A stretch of 64,000 nucleotides of DNA from Macrostomum lignano (Eukaryota). The position numbers were made by a program, and so were the translations under genes. How positions within the stretch are numbered: the stretch's first letter is position 1; the number at the start of each line of letters is the position of its first letter. The notes under the pieces are model-generated. The model was not told where the DNA came from, searched no databases, and saw only the letters and a program-made list of their open reading frames with translations. Positions 45,975-58,190 of this stretch are shown here, piece after piece. The stretch is from positions 62,001 through 126,000 of the forward strand of contig NIVC01002622.1 of the NCBI GenBank assembly GCA_002269645.1. The letters run 5' to 3'.

Positions 45975-46350
45975 CTCTGTATTTATAGCCGAGCGGACCC
46001 CCAAAAGTCACGTGAGTTTCATGCGGTGAGCGCGTAAAACTTCCTTATTTGGTCCTTAGAATCATGCGAGCGATGCGTGATCCAAGGCCAACTTCCAAAT
46101 AAGGTAACCCTGTCACGCAGCAGTGGCGTGATTCAAGGTCAGCGGCCACGCATAACATGCGTGCACAGTCACGTGCTTATTCTGTGCTAAAAATAGAACG
46201 GGCGGATGAGTCATCCTGTTTACTCCCTCTAGGCAGCCATTACACTCCGCGCGCGCGAGAGGGCAGGTGATGAGTCATCCTGCTGAGCCTCAGCGCGGGT
46301 GGGGAAGATATTGTGTGTGTCTGCCCACGCCTGCTCGGGCGATGAGTCAT
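45975..46350. promoter_or_regulatory. Putative promoter/enhancer upstream of SLC22
   Basis: Minus-strand TATAAATA at about 45980. GTCACGTG E-boxes at 46009 and 46170. Three GATGAGTCATC (AP-1/TRE) sites at 46207, 46271 and 46343 in a CpG-rich patch. Confidence 0.5.
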
Positions 46351-48139
46351 CGGGCAGTAAACACTTAGGCCCAGCACAGGGTAACTCTCTCTCTAGATCA
46401 GGTGGACTGAGCTGCTGTGCAGCGGATCACAGAGCCCGTAGAGATAGCTAGTGAATGCTGCTGAATAGCCAGTTAGTAGCCAGTCACTACAGTTTCAGTG
46501 AAGTTTCAATACTGCTTTTGCAACTTTCACCATAGACTATGGTAACAAGCTTATTGTTACTCTGATTTAACCATAGAAGCATTGCTTAGCAATTTGACGA
46601 TCATTATTCACATTTTTTATTCAGAAAAATTTAATACTACAGCATAACAATGCAAAGAATCAGCGGTCCCAGTGCGTGACGACGATTGTCTGGCGAGCGC
46701 CAATATTTATCCATTGTTATGCATCATGGCTTTAACCTCTCACACTGAAGCCAGAAAAAGTACGTTCCTGCGGGCGTATTCAGCGAGGATGGCCATCGAC
46801 TACGAGTATCGCTGCCATTGTTAGAACTCTCATCAGTTAGAACTTATTCATTACCCAATAAATCTGAGATGAGTAAGCGCGATCTACGTTCTTAAGTGGT
46901 TTATTTTAGAGATGTAAAATAAGCATGGTGATCGCTATGGCGCTTCTACGTTGGAGGATTGTTTTCAGTATGCAGCAATGCTACGATCGGTCAACCAAGT
47001 CGGAAAGCCATGTGGAGCCTCTGGAAAAACGTAGAATTCAATGAGAGCCGACGTGCGCTGGATGCTTCAATGAAGCTGAGTACCCGTGATTGAAAGGGTA
47101 GTGGATCGCGTCGCGCAGGACTTGCTCCATCTGACATCAAATAGACGCTCTGGACTGAAAGTGTGCTTGGTAGTGATAGTCCACGACAACTGATGAGTTC
47201 CAATTGATTTGTGTAAACGTCTGTTCAACACCTGTTAGCTATTCTACAACTTTATAACCTGTTGCTTCTATCTGTTGAGGATACTTTCAAGCGGTTTATT
47301 CGTTTGTCCCAAAGGGGTGTAGAGATTAATTCTACTTGAAATTATAGTACATTAAAAGTGTACTCGTTGTTCTGAATTGTTCAGTACAGTACCCACGGTG
47401 CGCAATCGACAGATTCTTGATAGATAGCTCGTAGCGCCTATGTCTGGTGGTACATGATTCTTCTGCTTCAACGTCCAGTAAAACTGCAGCCAGTAAAGCC
47501 ACCGATTCGGCTATTGAAACATCAACAATACATAAGCACCGCCGTCGAGACTGGAAACTGTCAGATGGGACCAGTGACAAGACGTTGCAGACATTAGCAA
47601 ACAAAATGATTCTTTGACATGTTTTGACATAGCCGCTTTAAGGCTATATTCGCTCACGAAAAGCAGCCACGGCTTTATTCTTGTCAAATATATTAAACAG
47701 TCAGTCGCAGCTAAAGGCAGCTAAGACGATTAAATTAATGCATTCAGCTCAGTAGAATGAATTCGCAAACGAAACGAAATAGCTGCAAAAAGACTGCTTT
47801 TAGGCTGATAGCTGATGGCGTGTGAATGTGTTAAGCTAGCTGCAGTATCTCAAATATTCCAAATCTAACGCAAAAATTAGCTTCATAAAGATGGCTCCGA
47901 GCTAAAATTTCTCTTCGAAAGGAAAAGCTTTGATAAAGCAGCTACCCAAAACAATAAAAGCTCTTGAATCCCTACTAAGTGCTTTGGTTGAATTGAAAAT
48001 TGATTGCAAGGAAAAAGATTTCATTGATCAACGGTAGCTAGTGCATGGAAATTTCTCGATGCATCGAGTTGTCGATAAATAGCTCAGTAAAAGAAGCATA
48101 GTATAGAAGCTGCTAGATGCATATCGGCTTGAGACAGAC

Positions 48140-48872
48140 ATGTCGCTGGGAGTCTTGCTATGTCTGCTGGTCCTGCTACTTGCTGCTCTGCCGCCATTGA
48201 ACAACTCCTCCGGCTCCTTCAGCCTTATCGAAGGCTACCTGTGCATCAGGAGCGACTTCATTGAAACTCCAGGTGGCTCTATGGGACGAAATATTTCTGT
48301 GCCTCGATGTGCAGCCGCAACCCGCGCTGTCAGGCGTTCAGCCTGGCTGACGGTCCGTGCCAGCTGTTCGTGTTCGACAAGTGCAGCAAGTCGGTGAGGG
48401 ACTGCGGCTGCTCCAGGAGAGGCCGGGTGTTTGTGAAGCAGCAGCCGGGACTCGAGGCGGGCGCGCTGTGTCCGTCTGGCTACCGAGACGACCTGTGCGG
48501 AGGGAAGTACAAGCTGCACTTTAACGCCGATTTCTGGTGGCCGAGCAGACGCCTGTGCGAGTCGGAGAGCGGTCTGGTGATCATGGCTGACGTGATGGAC
48601 GCCAGCGAGATGAGCCACGTGGAGACGATCTACAGCAAGTACAGCGCCGGCTCGGAGGCTACAAAACTCCTGGAAGTCCCGAGCCGAGAGGCGGCTGGTA
48701 CTGGGTCGGCTGCAACATCTCCGTTGACGACAGCTTGTGGAACCCAGGTGAGCCTCATGGTAGTGGTGAAAACGTCATTGGCCGCTACAAGCTAAAGGAT
48801 CATCTCTCCGATTTCTGGGATTCGGTGGACAAGTACAGAGCGCTGTGCGAGTGCGTGTCGCCATTTGTCTGA
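48140..48872 (+). pseudogene. Intronless signal peptide + PAN/Apple + C-type lectin gene with two frameshifts (pseudogene or assembly error)
   Basis: Signal peptide MSLGVLLCLLVLLLAA; PAN CSRNPRCQAFSLADGPCQLF; CTLD CPSGY..C..L..., LGGYK..WYWVG..WNPGEPHGSGE..ALCEC, read across three frames. Confidence 0.75.
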
Positions 48873-49876
48873 GCTGTGGAGAGGCCAGTGAATCCGATCG
48901 TGCAATGTTGATTAAGTTTTTTTAAACACAAACGCAGTCTTTTAACGCAATTAAACTGATAATGACGTCTGCCGAAAGTCGGTGTAATGTAAAAGTACAT
49001 ATCTGTCATCGACGTCGGTGCATGACACACCCTGTTCGCTCTGTTTTAGAGTTTTCGGAGTTGAATAATGAATAGCTCGTATTGCAATAAAACATAAATA
49101 TAACGACTTTCAAGCTATTATTTGCGTTCTTCTGAATTCTATTTTGTTCGGGATTCAATAAAATCCCATAAAATCTTTATAACAATATGTTTTATCTTAT
49201 GCTTACGTACATGTATGGTCTGATAAGCAGCCTACATGAAAACTAAAATGATTTTTTCAACATCATGCCGAAAATATCTAAGTGTCGAAAAAAGTTAGCA
49301 AAAGATGAATTGACGAGAATATTTGAATCGCTCAAAACCTGGAAACTATCGGTAAGCCTCATCCTTTTCGCCGTCCAGCCTCACGCTTCTGCGAAGAATT
49401 GACTATTGTTAATGAATGTAGTTGCTGACCTTGATCAACTGGTAAAAGCTTTGTAGAGTCTTGTCCCACCCATAGGCTGCAAAAAATGTTTACAACGCGG
49501 TTATGGCTTTTTAGTGGAGGCCACTCAGCAGGTTGAAGTTTTAAAAAGCATCCGAAGACGTCAATGGTTGATCCCGTAGCAGCACTGATTCCTAAATATA
49601 GTGGTTTGGCTTGCAATAAAGCGAAGCAAATAATGAAAATCAAGGGCTGAGAAAGTCGCAGGTCGCGTGAGCTTGGCGCCAATCTACAGACAGTATCGCA
49701 TAATAAAAACCAAGATTGTGGCGGCGCCTTTCACAAGCCAAGTCGCGGACATGTATCCACAATACGGAAGCGTGTGCCGCGAGAACATCTCGGATTTACA
49801 GTGTATATCGTTAATCAAGCGACAACGGGCGGTGTAGTACCATCTAGCCATTCTTCCTTCACGGAATTGGAGAATT

Positions 49877-49879
<3 letters not shown>

Positions 49880-49936
<57 letters not shown>
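49880..49936. repeat. (GA)n microsatellite
   Basis: Perfect dinucleotide run. Confidence 0.97.
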
Positions 49937-49941
<5 letters not shown>

Positions 49942-50187
49942 TGCAGCTGACGCACGAGAAAGTTGTAGGTGTTGGATCAATATAGTATACTCCTAGCCCA
50001 GTCATATAGAGCAGCTCATGTTAGCTAAGAGATCAAAAAGTATATTATCTATCGCATTGGCAGCTGACTCCCAAGTGTATTTTAAAAAACCAACGCAAAA
50101 TACTTTTGACAACGCCCTCGTAAATTGGACAGTCTATTTAAAAGCGCTTTAAACCAACAGAACTTTGAACCACAGCGCAGCTCGCGT

Positions 50188-53100
50188 CATGGAGTCAACT
50201 GAGCTGTACCGGCTAATCTGCGATCCAAGTCGGACGAGCTATGCAGAGCTCTAACACTGCTGGACAAGCCGTCCGATGCAGACGTAACGGAGATCCTACG
50301 TCGTTGTAGTCGTCGCAGAACAACCTATTTGCACCTGCTGATGCTGCAGCTTCGTCGACTGTCGAATCGATGCAACGGCGACATCGGTTTGGCGATCGCC
50401 CTCGCCTATCGGTTGGCACTGCGTGGCTGCGACGTCAACGGGCAGAACCTGGCTGGCAACACGGCGCTGCACATGGCCTGCTACCGGCCTGCTGGGGACC
50501 AGCTGGCTCAGCATCTCATCCGGATGGGTGCGCCCGATTTCTGAGAGGCTGTGGCTCATAATTTTGGGGGAAAGTGGTTGAATTGAGTGACGCTCATACA
50601 GGGTGTACAGCAGTTCTGACTCTTAATCGTCACGCGGAGTCTGAGGCGTTACTCGCTGAGATATTACATGTACTCATCTGCACTGAGAACTCGGGGATCT
50701 TTTAGTTGGTCCTTGCAGATGCGAATTTGATGACAAGCCCCATTATCAGTGTCCGCAAAAAAACTTTTACAAATTACTTCGTGAAGAACAACACGGAAAC
50801 AATAATTGGCTAACTTCGTTTTCAAACACAAAGGCGCCGATCCTGGCATAAAAACGAACGAAATTGGCGAGTGTTTCACGACAACCGGCAGCACAAGGTC
50901 TGGCTGATTCGCAGCAGCACTGCCGCAAATTGCTGCAGCATGTGGAGTGCAGGTGCGGATCTTTTGCCTGGTTTATGCTTGGTCAGCTGTGCAGAAGGCG
51001 CTGCAAATTTTGCTGGTGGCATGGTTTTCACCACTTTCGGAATTCCGAATTGCACTCGCGGTGCACACACGAGTTTGTTAAGAAACAGTTAGAAAAGAAT
51101 ACTGTTGAAGAGAGGCACCGCTTGACAGTACGCTGAATGAGGTCTCATCTTCGACAAAATTTGGTCGAGAAAAAGTGATTGGAAGTCAGAAAACATCAAG
51201 CAATGAGTTTAAAAACTGCCAAAAATCGGTTTCCAGCAAAATTTGCAACGAATTAAGAGTACATAGCATCCATGGGTTTATGGACTATTCTTTCACCTGC
51301 CTGTCATTCTACCATACTCGTATAATAAACCTGCTGTTTTCCAAGTTTGCGACGGAGTATGGCTGGCTGGTGAGTACAATATCAGGCTTGAATTAAGTTA
51401 GAAAATTTACATGCACCTTTGTAGGTACAGCTAATATTAGAATTCTGTAAGTAGTTTAGCAGTAGGTAGTATCGCAATGTGTATCTATTTTTTGTGAGGT
51501 TAATTTAACTGAATCACTTTTATTTTATCAATTTTGACGCGTCACAATTTAACCTAGACGTGAAGGCTTTGAAATAGTTTTGTCACGTCACGGCGAAATC
51601 GAAACACAACCCATTGGGATGCCAATGTTTAGATCCAACTTATTTATAAAATTATTCAAAGTGATCGTTCTCTAGTGCTTTAGGTTGTGGCCACCCTGAT
51701 GCAAAGCCTTCGGCGATATCGTCCAATAACAATTCCAACGCTGACAGGACGGCAATCCTACCAATCCCGCTGATTCCTGAGCACACTCAGGCACAGCACT
51801 CGTACATTGGCCCTGACTTTCGAATCGTCAGGCATGTACAATCTGTGTCTCTCTGCCTTGGGGGTTGGCCCTAGTGGCTGTGAATCCCACGACGACAAAT
51901 TTCATGCACAAGCACCAAATGAATGTGGCTGTGCAGGGAATCGAACCCTCGGGGTCTTGCCCTTAATGGTTAGAGTCAATACTCAAAGGTTAGGCTCAAA
52001 GTAGCTAGTTTACAAACGCTCTACCTTGTACTCAAACTTAGTTGCCAGGGAGGACACGGCTCTGGTTGCGAAATACCTGAACTCATGGATTCGAGTCGAC
52101 TCTCGTAGACGACGCAAAACTCTGCTGCAGTTGAGCAACGAGACTGGCAATTATGGCATCATCCGGCTGATGGAGAGGCACTCGAACACTAACGAGCTGG
52201 TGTGCAGGGCTCTGGCCTGCGACTGCGACGGAGTTCGCCAACTGCTGGCTCTCAAATCCGGTATGAACCTTTCACAAGTGCTACTTACATATAATTCTAA
52301 TAGCCGTCATTTGACCCTTCTCGTTGTGAAATCGAACCAGCAATCATCCGTGATGCACAATGCACATTGATTGTTGTATAATAGGGGCTGTTTCGAGTCC
52401 TTTAAGCGGCCACATTCATTTAATGCTTTTGCTTTGCTTATCTACGTGGCGCAGAGAGTGTACGTGCCTGACGATTAGAAAGTCAAAAGGCCCCTGTACA
52501 CCCTGTGCGAGCGTGTGTACGAGTGTGTGCTGTAGTAGCGCTGTAGACTAGTCTTCGCTTTATTCAGCTTTTTTACTCCGCAAAAATATTGTCCCCAGAC
52601 AGGCCAAATGTTTCCACGTGCGACAGCTCACAGAAGATCCCAAAGCCACTGCTGGCTGAGATGCGACTGCTCTCCCAGGTGCCAGGTGCTCAGGAACTCT
52701 GCGGACTGCTGCGCTCAGCTGGGGCACCCGATGAGTCACAATATTTTGGTGAGAAGGTTTTAGACTTTAGGTTGTTACCCAGTGATGCTCAGTGGTTACT
52801 AAGTCATGGCTTGTGGTTACTAAGTGCCTCTAATCATCCGTGCCATGATGTCCAACAGCCCAGCTGGAAACAAGTCGACGCTCGTTTCGCCTGTCCCAAT
52901 TCTACCAGCTGGTTCAAACCGGGTCCACTGACAGCTTGGCTCAAGCGTGGAGCGAACTTGACGCCAAGCGGGTTGACGTGGATTGCATTGACGAAGAAAC
53001 TGGAGATACTTACCTGCACTGTGTGGTGCGAAGGTGAGCTCTTTTTTGTTTTTACCTGGCCCTTGAACTTGTCTCACCAACCACCTCACTCCACACCTCT

Positions 53101-56100
53101 TCACTCCGAACCCCCTCACTCCGCACCCCCTCACTCCACACCCCTCACTCTACACCCCTTCAAGGACAAGTAGTTCTTGCACCCCTTCACTCCACATCCC
53201 CTCTCTCCACACCCCTCACTACACACCCCTCACTCTACACCCCCTCCCTTCACACCCTCTCACTCCACACCCCTCACTCCACACCTCCTCACTCCACATT
53301 CCCCACTCCACACCCCTCACTCCACACCCCTCACTCTACACCCCTTCAAGGACAAGTAGTCCTTGCACCCCTTCACTCCACATCCCCTCTCTCCACACCC
53401 CTCACTACACACCCCTCACTCTACACCCCCTCCCTTCACACCCCTCACTCACACCTCCTCACTCCACATTCCCCACTCCACACCCCTCACTTCACACCCC
53501 TCACTCACACCTCCTCACTCCACATTCCCCACTCCACACCCCTCACTTCACACCCCTCACTCACACCTCCTCACTCCACACCTTCTCACTCCACATTCCC
53601 CACTCCACACCCCTCACTTCACACCCCTCACTCACACCTCCTCACTCCACATTCCCCACTCCACACCCCTCACTTCACACCCCTCACTCACACCTCCTCA
53701 CTCCACACCTCCTCACTCCACATTCCCCACTCCACACCTCCACTCCGCGACCCCTCACTCTACACTCCCTACTCTACTGCAGGCACGCATCGGCAGGCCT
53801 CACAGAGCGCAGTCGGCGCAGCTTGGTCCGCCTCATGTACAAACTAGCTCTGGAAGGCATCGATCTACAAGCCAGAAACGTCGCCGGAGACACCGCCTTG
53901 CTGACTGCGGCCAACCCGACTTCGGCGATGCCGTCGGCCTCCTTGGCAACTCTTCCACCGGACCGTCAACTACTGGAACATCTTCTTCGCCTGGGCGTCG
54001 ACGCGGGACTTCGCGGAGCCGGTGGTCGCGGTCTGGCCTCGTCTAGCTTCGGTCCCGACCTCCGACTGCAGCGAGGCGGCTGCCCGCGTTTTCGGGTGCC
54101 GGGACTGACAGCGGCGGTCCGCGACGCCGACGTCGGTCGAGTGCGTCGCTGGTTGGCGAGCCTTGGCCGTGTTGAAGCGGTCAGCAACGGCAGGAGCCTC
54201 CTTCAACTGGCAAGGGAAGCTGGTGGCGAGGTGGCCCGTCTGGTGGAGGCGGCCAGGCAGACGACGGAGTTCGCTGCGGCGGTGATGGCCGGAGATTTGG
54301 TTGCCATGCGGCGATGGCTGGCGATGGGCGGCGCAAATCGACTCGTCAACGCCTGGTTCCGGTAAGGGACTTTAATCTCTGAGGCAGAGCAGCTCAGCCT
54401 TTAGAGAGTCTGACTTTGCACCAGAGTACCCAAAGTATTAATTTGGGACTTGTGCAGGAATATTGGATTGGGGCTTGACTTTCTATGTCGCCCATGAGGC
54501 CCAACCTCCCAACCTACCTACAAGAGTTTGTTCATGCCTAACAATGAAAAGCCATGGCAAAGTCGCTGACAGCACAACAGGTCGTTTGGACGGGCATCTA
54601 GGGCTGCGATGGTGACTTGCTCGTTGCTGATTTTGAAGGCGTCGTGCAGCAAGACAGCCTCGAACAACTCCTGGAACAAGGCCGCCCTCTGGCGGCCTTG
54701 AACTGAAGAAGGCAACTCAGGCAAGCCCGCGACGATGCCGCAGATTTTCGTAGACGCTGGACAACAGACCACCCGGATTAACGAACTGCTGACATCGACA
54801 GGCGCACACACTCGATGTTTTGTAGACACCGACACCCTGGACTCGGTCGGCTTGCCCTGTGGCGCTGTTTTCATAAGACCTGACAGCGTTTATTTTGTTT
54901 TTTTTGTAGACCCGTGCCTGCGTTCGAATGTCCGTGTGCGCGTACTCTGGGATCAGCAGAATAGTCTCTCCTGCTTCTTATCGCTAAGTCGGCTTCGGCA
55001 CTCCTTCTGCAAGCTAGCAAACACTCCCAACAACCTTAAAATTATGGGTTTTTATCTAGCTACCTCTACCTCATAGCTTACCTACACCATCCCCATCCGC
55101 CTCATTCCTGCTCACCCACTCACCCGCCTTCAGCTTCCACTTCGTTGGCCTCAGTACAGACGGCCTGACCCCTGAGTTCGCCAACCGCCCTTTGCTCGCC
55201 GCAGCCGTAGAGTTCGCCCCAGCCAGCGTTGTCGACTGTCTGCTTCGCTTTGGAGCTCGTCTCGACGTCCAGTGCGAGGAGAGACACCCCTGCGGCCCGG
55301 CCGCTTTCTGGGCATTCAACGACGCGCCGTTTGGTGCGGCCGTAGGCGGGACGGCCGTCGCCGAAACCGTAGCCGCCTGGGCCGACGCTCGGCATCTCAG
55401 AGACGAGCTCGGGCGCACGCTTCTGCATGCAGCCATCGAGTGGCGCGAACTCAACGATGAGGAAACGTCGTCAACGCCTAACTCAGAAGATTTAGCATCG
55501 GGGGCTAAGTCGCCTGCGCCTCCAGCGACTCTATTACAATCGAAATCGTTTCATTCAATGCTGAACTCAGTTCGGCCTGAGTCTTCGCTTAGACGGTGCC
55601 TCAGATCGACGTCATTTTACACGTCGTCTAAAGTGCAACCGTCCACCGAGTCCAAAGTGCAACCGTCCACCGAGTCCAAAGTGCAACCGTCCACCGAGTA
55701 CAAAGTGCAACCATCCACCAAGTCCAAAGTGCAACCATCCACCGAGTACAAAGTACAACCGTCCACCGAGTCCAAAGTGCAACTTTCCACCGAGTCCAAA
55801 GTGTCGCTGTCAGAGGCCAGACATCGAGTTATTCGCCGTCTGTTAGCACGAGGGGCACCGTTGGCCGCTCGCGACGCATCAAGTCGAACAGCTCGAGACT
55901 TGGCTAGTGCCGTCGGTGACTTTGAAGTCTGCCGCCTGCTCGACAATCACGTGACCGAGTTGGCCCGTCGAGGCGATCTAGACAGCGTCGAGCAACTGAT
56001 TCTCGAAGCCTACGACGCAGGTTTCGACGGCGCCACGGCGTTAATCGCCGCTCGGCGCCACGATCGCGATCTGCTGCGCTTGCTAGGCGAGACGCCGCGC

Positions 56101-57277
56101 TACCGGCGCCAAATCGCCGCGCTACACGCATCCATAGCCACCGGAGGTGCCGTCGCCGCTGCTGCTTTTGCTCGATTTGCCGGTGAGAAACGGCTGGCGC
56201 TCGGCTTGGACCGACGTGGCCGCAACCTCCTGCACGCCGCCGCGCTGTCCGGCGACGCCGCACTGGCCGGCTCCGTGGCCGAGCGGCTTCCTGCGCTGGC
56301 TGGACAGGGCGACTGTCTGGGTCGGACACCGGCGCACTATGCGGCTTGTCTGGCCGACTCGAAAGCGACGCTGTCGGCAATTTCTCGAGCGATCGGCGGT
56401 TTGGACATGTCGATTAAAGATGCCGTGAGGATTTGCGATTGACTTCTTTAGTAAACTGTCTATATATGCTCTCGACGAGTAGCAAGTGGCGTTATTAGTC
56501 AGGTTGAGTGAAAAAACTGATGGCTTTATTATGACTCTAATATTCAAATTGGGCGCCCATTTTTTCAATTGGACACCTATGTATCTCTTATCTGGGCGCC
56601 CCAGTGTTTAAGTTCGGCGCCACTGTGTCTGAATTGGGTATACCAGTGTGTCTGAATTGGGTACACCAGTGTGTCTGAATTGGGTATACCAGTGTGTCTG
56701 AATTGGGTATACCAGTGTGTCTGAATTGGGCGCCACCGTGTCTGAATTGGGCGCCACTGTGTCTGAATTGGGCGCCACTCTGTCTAAATTGGGCGCCACT
56801 GTGTCTGAATTGGGTATACCACTTGCACTGTCTGAATTGGCGTCGCCCTCGTAGAAATAGGCTGCTTATACTACTTTCTGTAAGTAGTAAAAGAGTTTCT
56901 TCCAGAAAAGAAACTGAATGCCAATACAAATTTTGCAGAACAATCTCAGCGTATTTGACTATCTAGAGCAGATGGATCGGCCAACACCGAAAAAACTGAA
57001 GTCGCCAAGCAGAAGAATACTTAATTATCAGGTAAGAGTGACTTCATTACGCTTGTATAAAGCTTTACTTTTCTCTAAACCTAATTATTAGCGTTTTAAA
57101 TCTGCCTAAACCTGCTTAGGTTAGAGATCTAATAGACATCGAGCGGAGAGCTACAGTTTCAGTTGGCCCAGTTATCAACGAAATCGCTGCTGCGTCAACC
57201 GAAAACGACTCCGAATCGACTGACAGCCAAAAGGCTGACACAGACTTGCCTATGATTCGCATCGATATCGTCGATTG
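50188..57277 (+). CDS. Multi-exon ankyrin-repeat protein (uncharacterised); at least one frameshift in exon 1
   Basis: Ankyrin motifs DVNGQNLAGNTALHMAC, DLQARNVAGDTALL, DELGRTLLHAA, DRRGRNLLHAAAL and DCLGRTPAHYAA. Approximate exons: 50188-50529, ~51349-51372, 52042-52260, ~52599-52747, ~53782-54361, ~55155-56426, ~56968-57031 and ~57126-57277. Confidence 0.7.
51750..52000 (-). mobile_element. tRNA-derived SINE, family B
   Basis: Reverse complement has B box GGGTTCGATTCCC, then GCCAACCCCCAAGGC..TGTACATGCCTGACGATTCGAAAGTCAGGGCCAATGTACG core. The head and linker differ from family A. Confidence 0.7.
52445..52535 (+). mobile_element. SINE core fragment, family B
   Basis: GAGAGTGTACGTGCCTGACGATTAGAAAGTCAAAAGGCCCCTGTACAC. 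Confidence 0.6.
53085..53775. repeat. C/A-rich low-complexity array (CACACCCCTCACTC) with a 186-bp higher-order duplication
   Basis: CCCTTCAAGGACAAGTAGT is repeated 186 bp apart, at about 53156 and 53342. Confidence 0.85.
55628..55805 (+). repeat. In-frame 24-bp coding minisatellite (SKVQPSTE x ~7)
   Basis: AAAGTGCAACCGTCCACCGAGT(C/A)C units inside ORF 55192-56442. Confidence 0.9.
56600..56820. repeat. 21-bp minisatellite (GTGTCTGAATTGGG[TATA/CG]CCA)
   Basis: Intronic tandem array. Confidence 0.88.
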
Positions 57278-57329
57278 AACGGTGAATTACGATTTTTGTT
57301 TAGCATACATCTCAACCCCAGCCCACTAA

Positions 57330-57965
57330 CTGATGCGGCTTTCCTTACCCCTCAACCCCACTCCACTATCTTATGCGGCTTTCCTTACCCCTCAACCCCA
57401 CTCCACTATCTTATGCGGCTTTCCTTACCCCTCAACCCCACTCCACTATCTTATGCGGCTTTCCTTATCCCTCAACCCCACTCCACTATCTTATGCGGCT
57501 TTCCTTACCCCTCAACCCCACTCCACTATCTTATGTGGCTTTCCTTACCCCACCCCATTATCTGATACGGCTTTCCTTACCCCTCAACCCCACCCCATTA
57601 TCTGATACGGCTTTCCTTACCCCTCAACCCCACCCCACAATCTGATGCGGCTTTCCTTACCCCTCAACCCCGCCCCACTATCTGATGCGGCTTTCCTTAC
57701 CCCTCAACCCCGCCCTACTATCTGATGCGAATTTCCTTACCCCTCAACGCCACCCCACTATCTGATGTGACTTTCCTTACCCCTCAACCCCACCCCACTA
57801 TCTGATGCGGCTTTCCTTACCCCTCAACCCCGCTCCCACTATCTGATGCGGCTTTCCTTACCCCTCAACCTCGCCCCACTATCTGATGCGGCTTTCCTGA
57901 CCCCTCAACCCCACCCCACTATCTGATGCGGCTTTCCTTATCCCTTAACCCCGCTCCCACTATCT
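57330..57965. repeat. 40-bp minisatellite (ATGCGGCTTTCCTTACCCCTCAACCCCACTCCACTATCTT)
   Basis: About 15 copies. Confidence 0.92.
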
Positions 57966-58190
57966 GATTGGACCTTTCTCACCCCTCCATTGCCAATGCT
58001 AGAAAAAGTATCAAGCTAACATCCGTCAAAAAATCTGAAACTTTGATTTGAATCCCAAATAAATTTGAACGTCCAAACACTGGTGTTAAAGTTATCATCA
58101 TTTTATTTGTCATTTTCTTTTATTACCATCAATGTACATGCTCAGTCAGAATGGTGTAACATTCGATTAGCGAGTGCTCGACCTCGTCAG

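Noticed and set aside
46990-47620. Short ORFs that could be transposon debris
   Set aside because: No diagnostic motif or termini.
54518-54874. 118-aa antisense ORF in an ankyrin-gene intron (IVAGLPE motif like LINE ORF1 remnants)
   Set aside because: The similarity is too weak to call, and there are no element ends or adjacent pol sequence.
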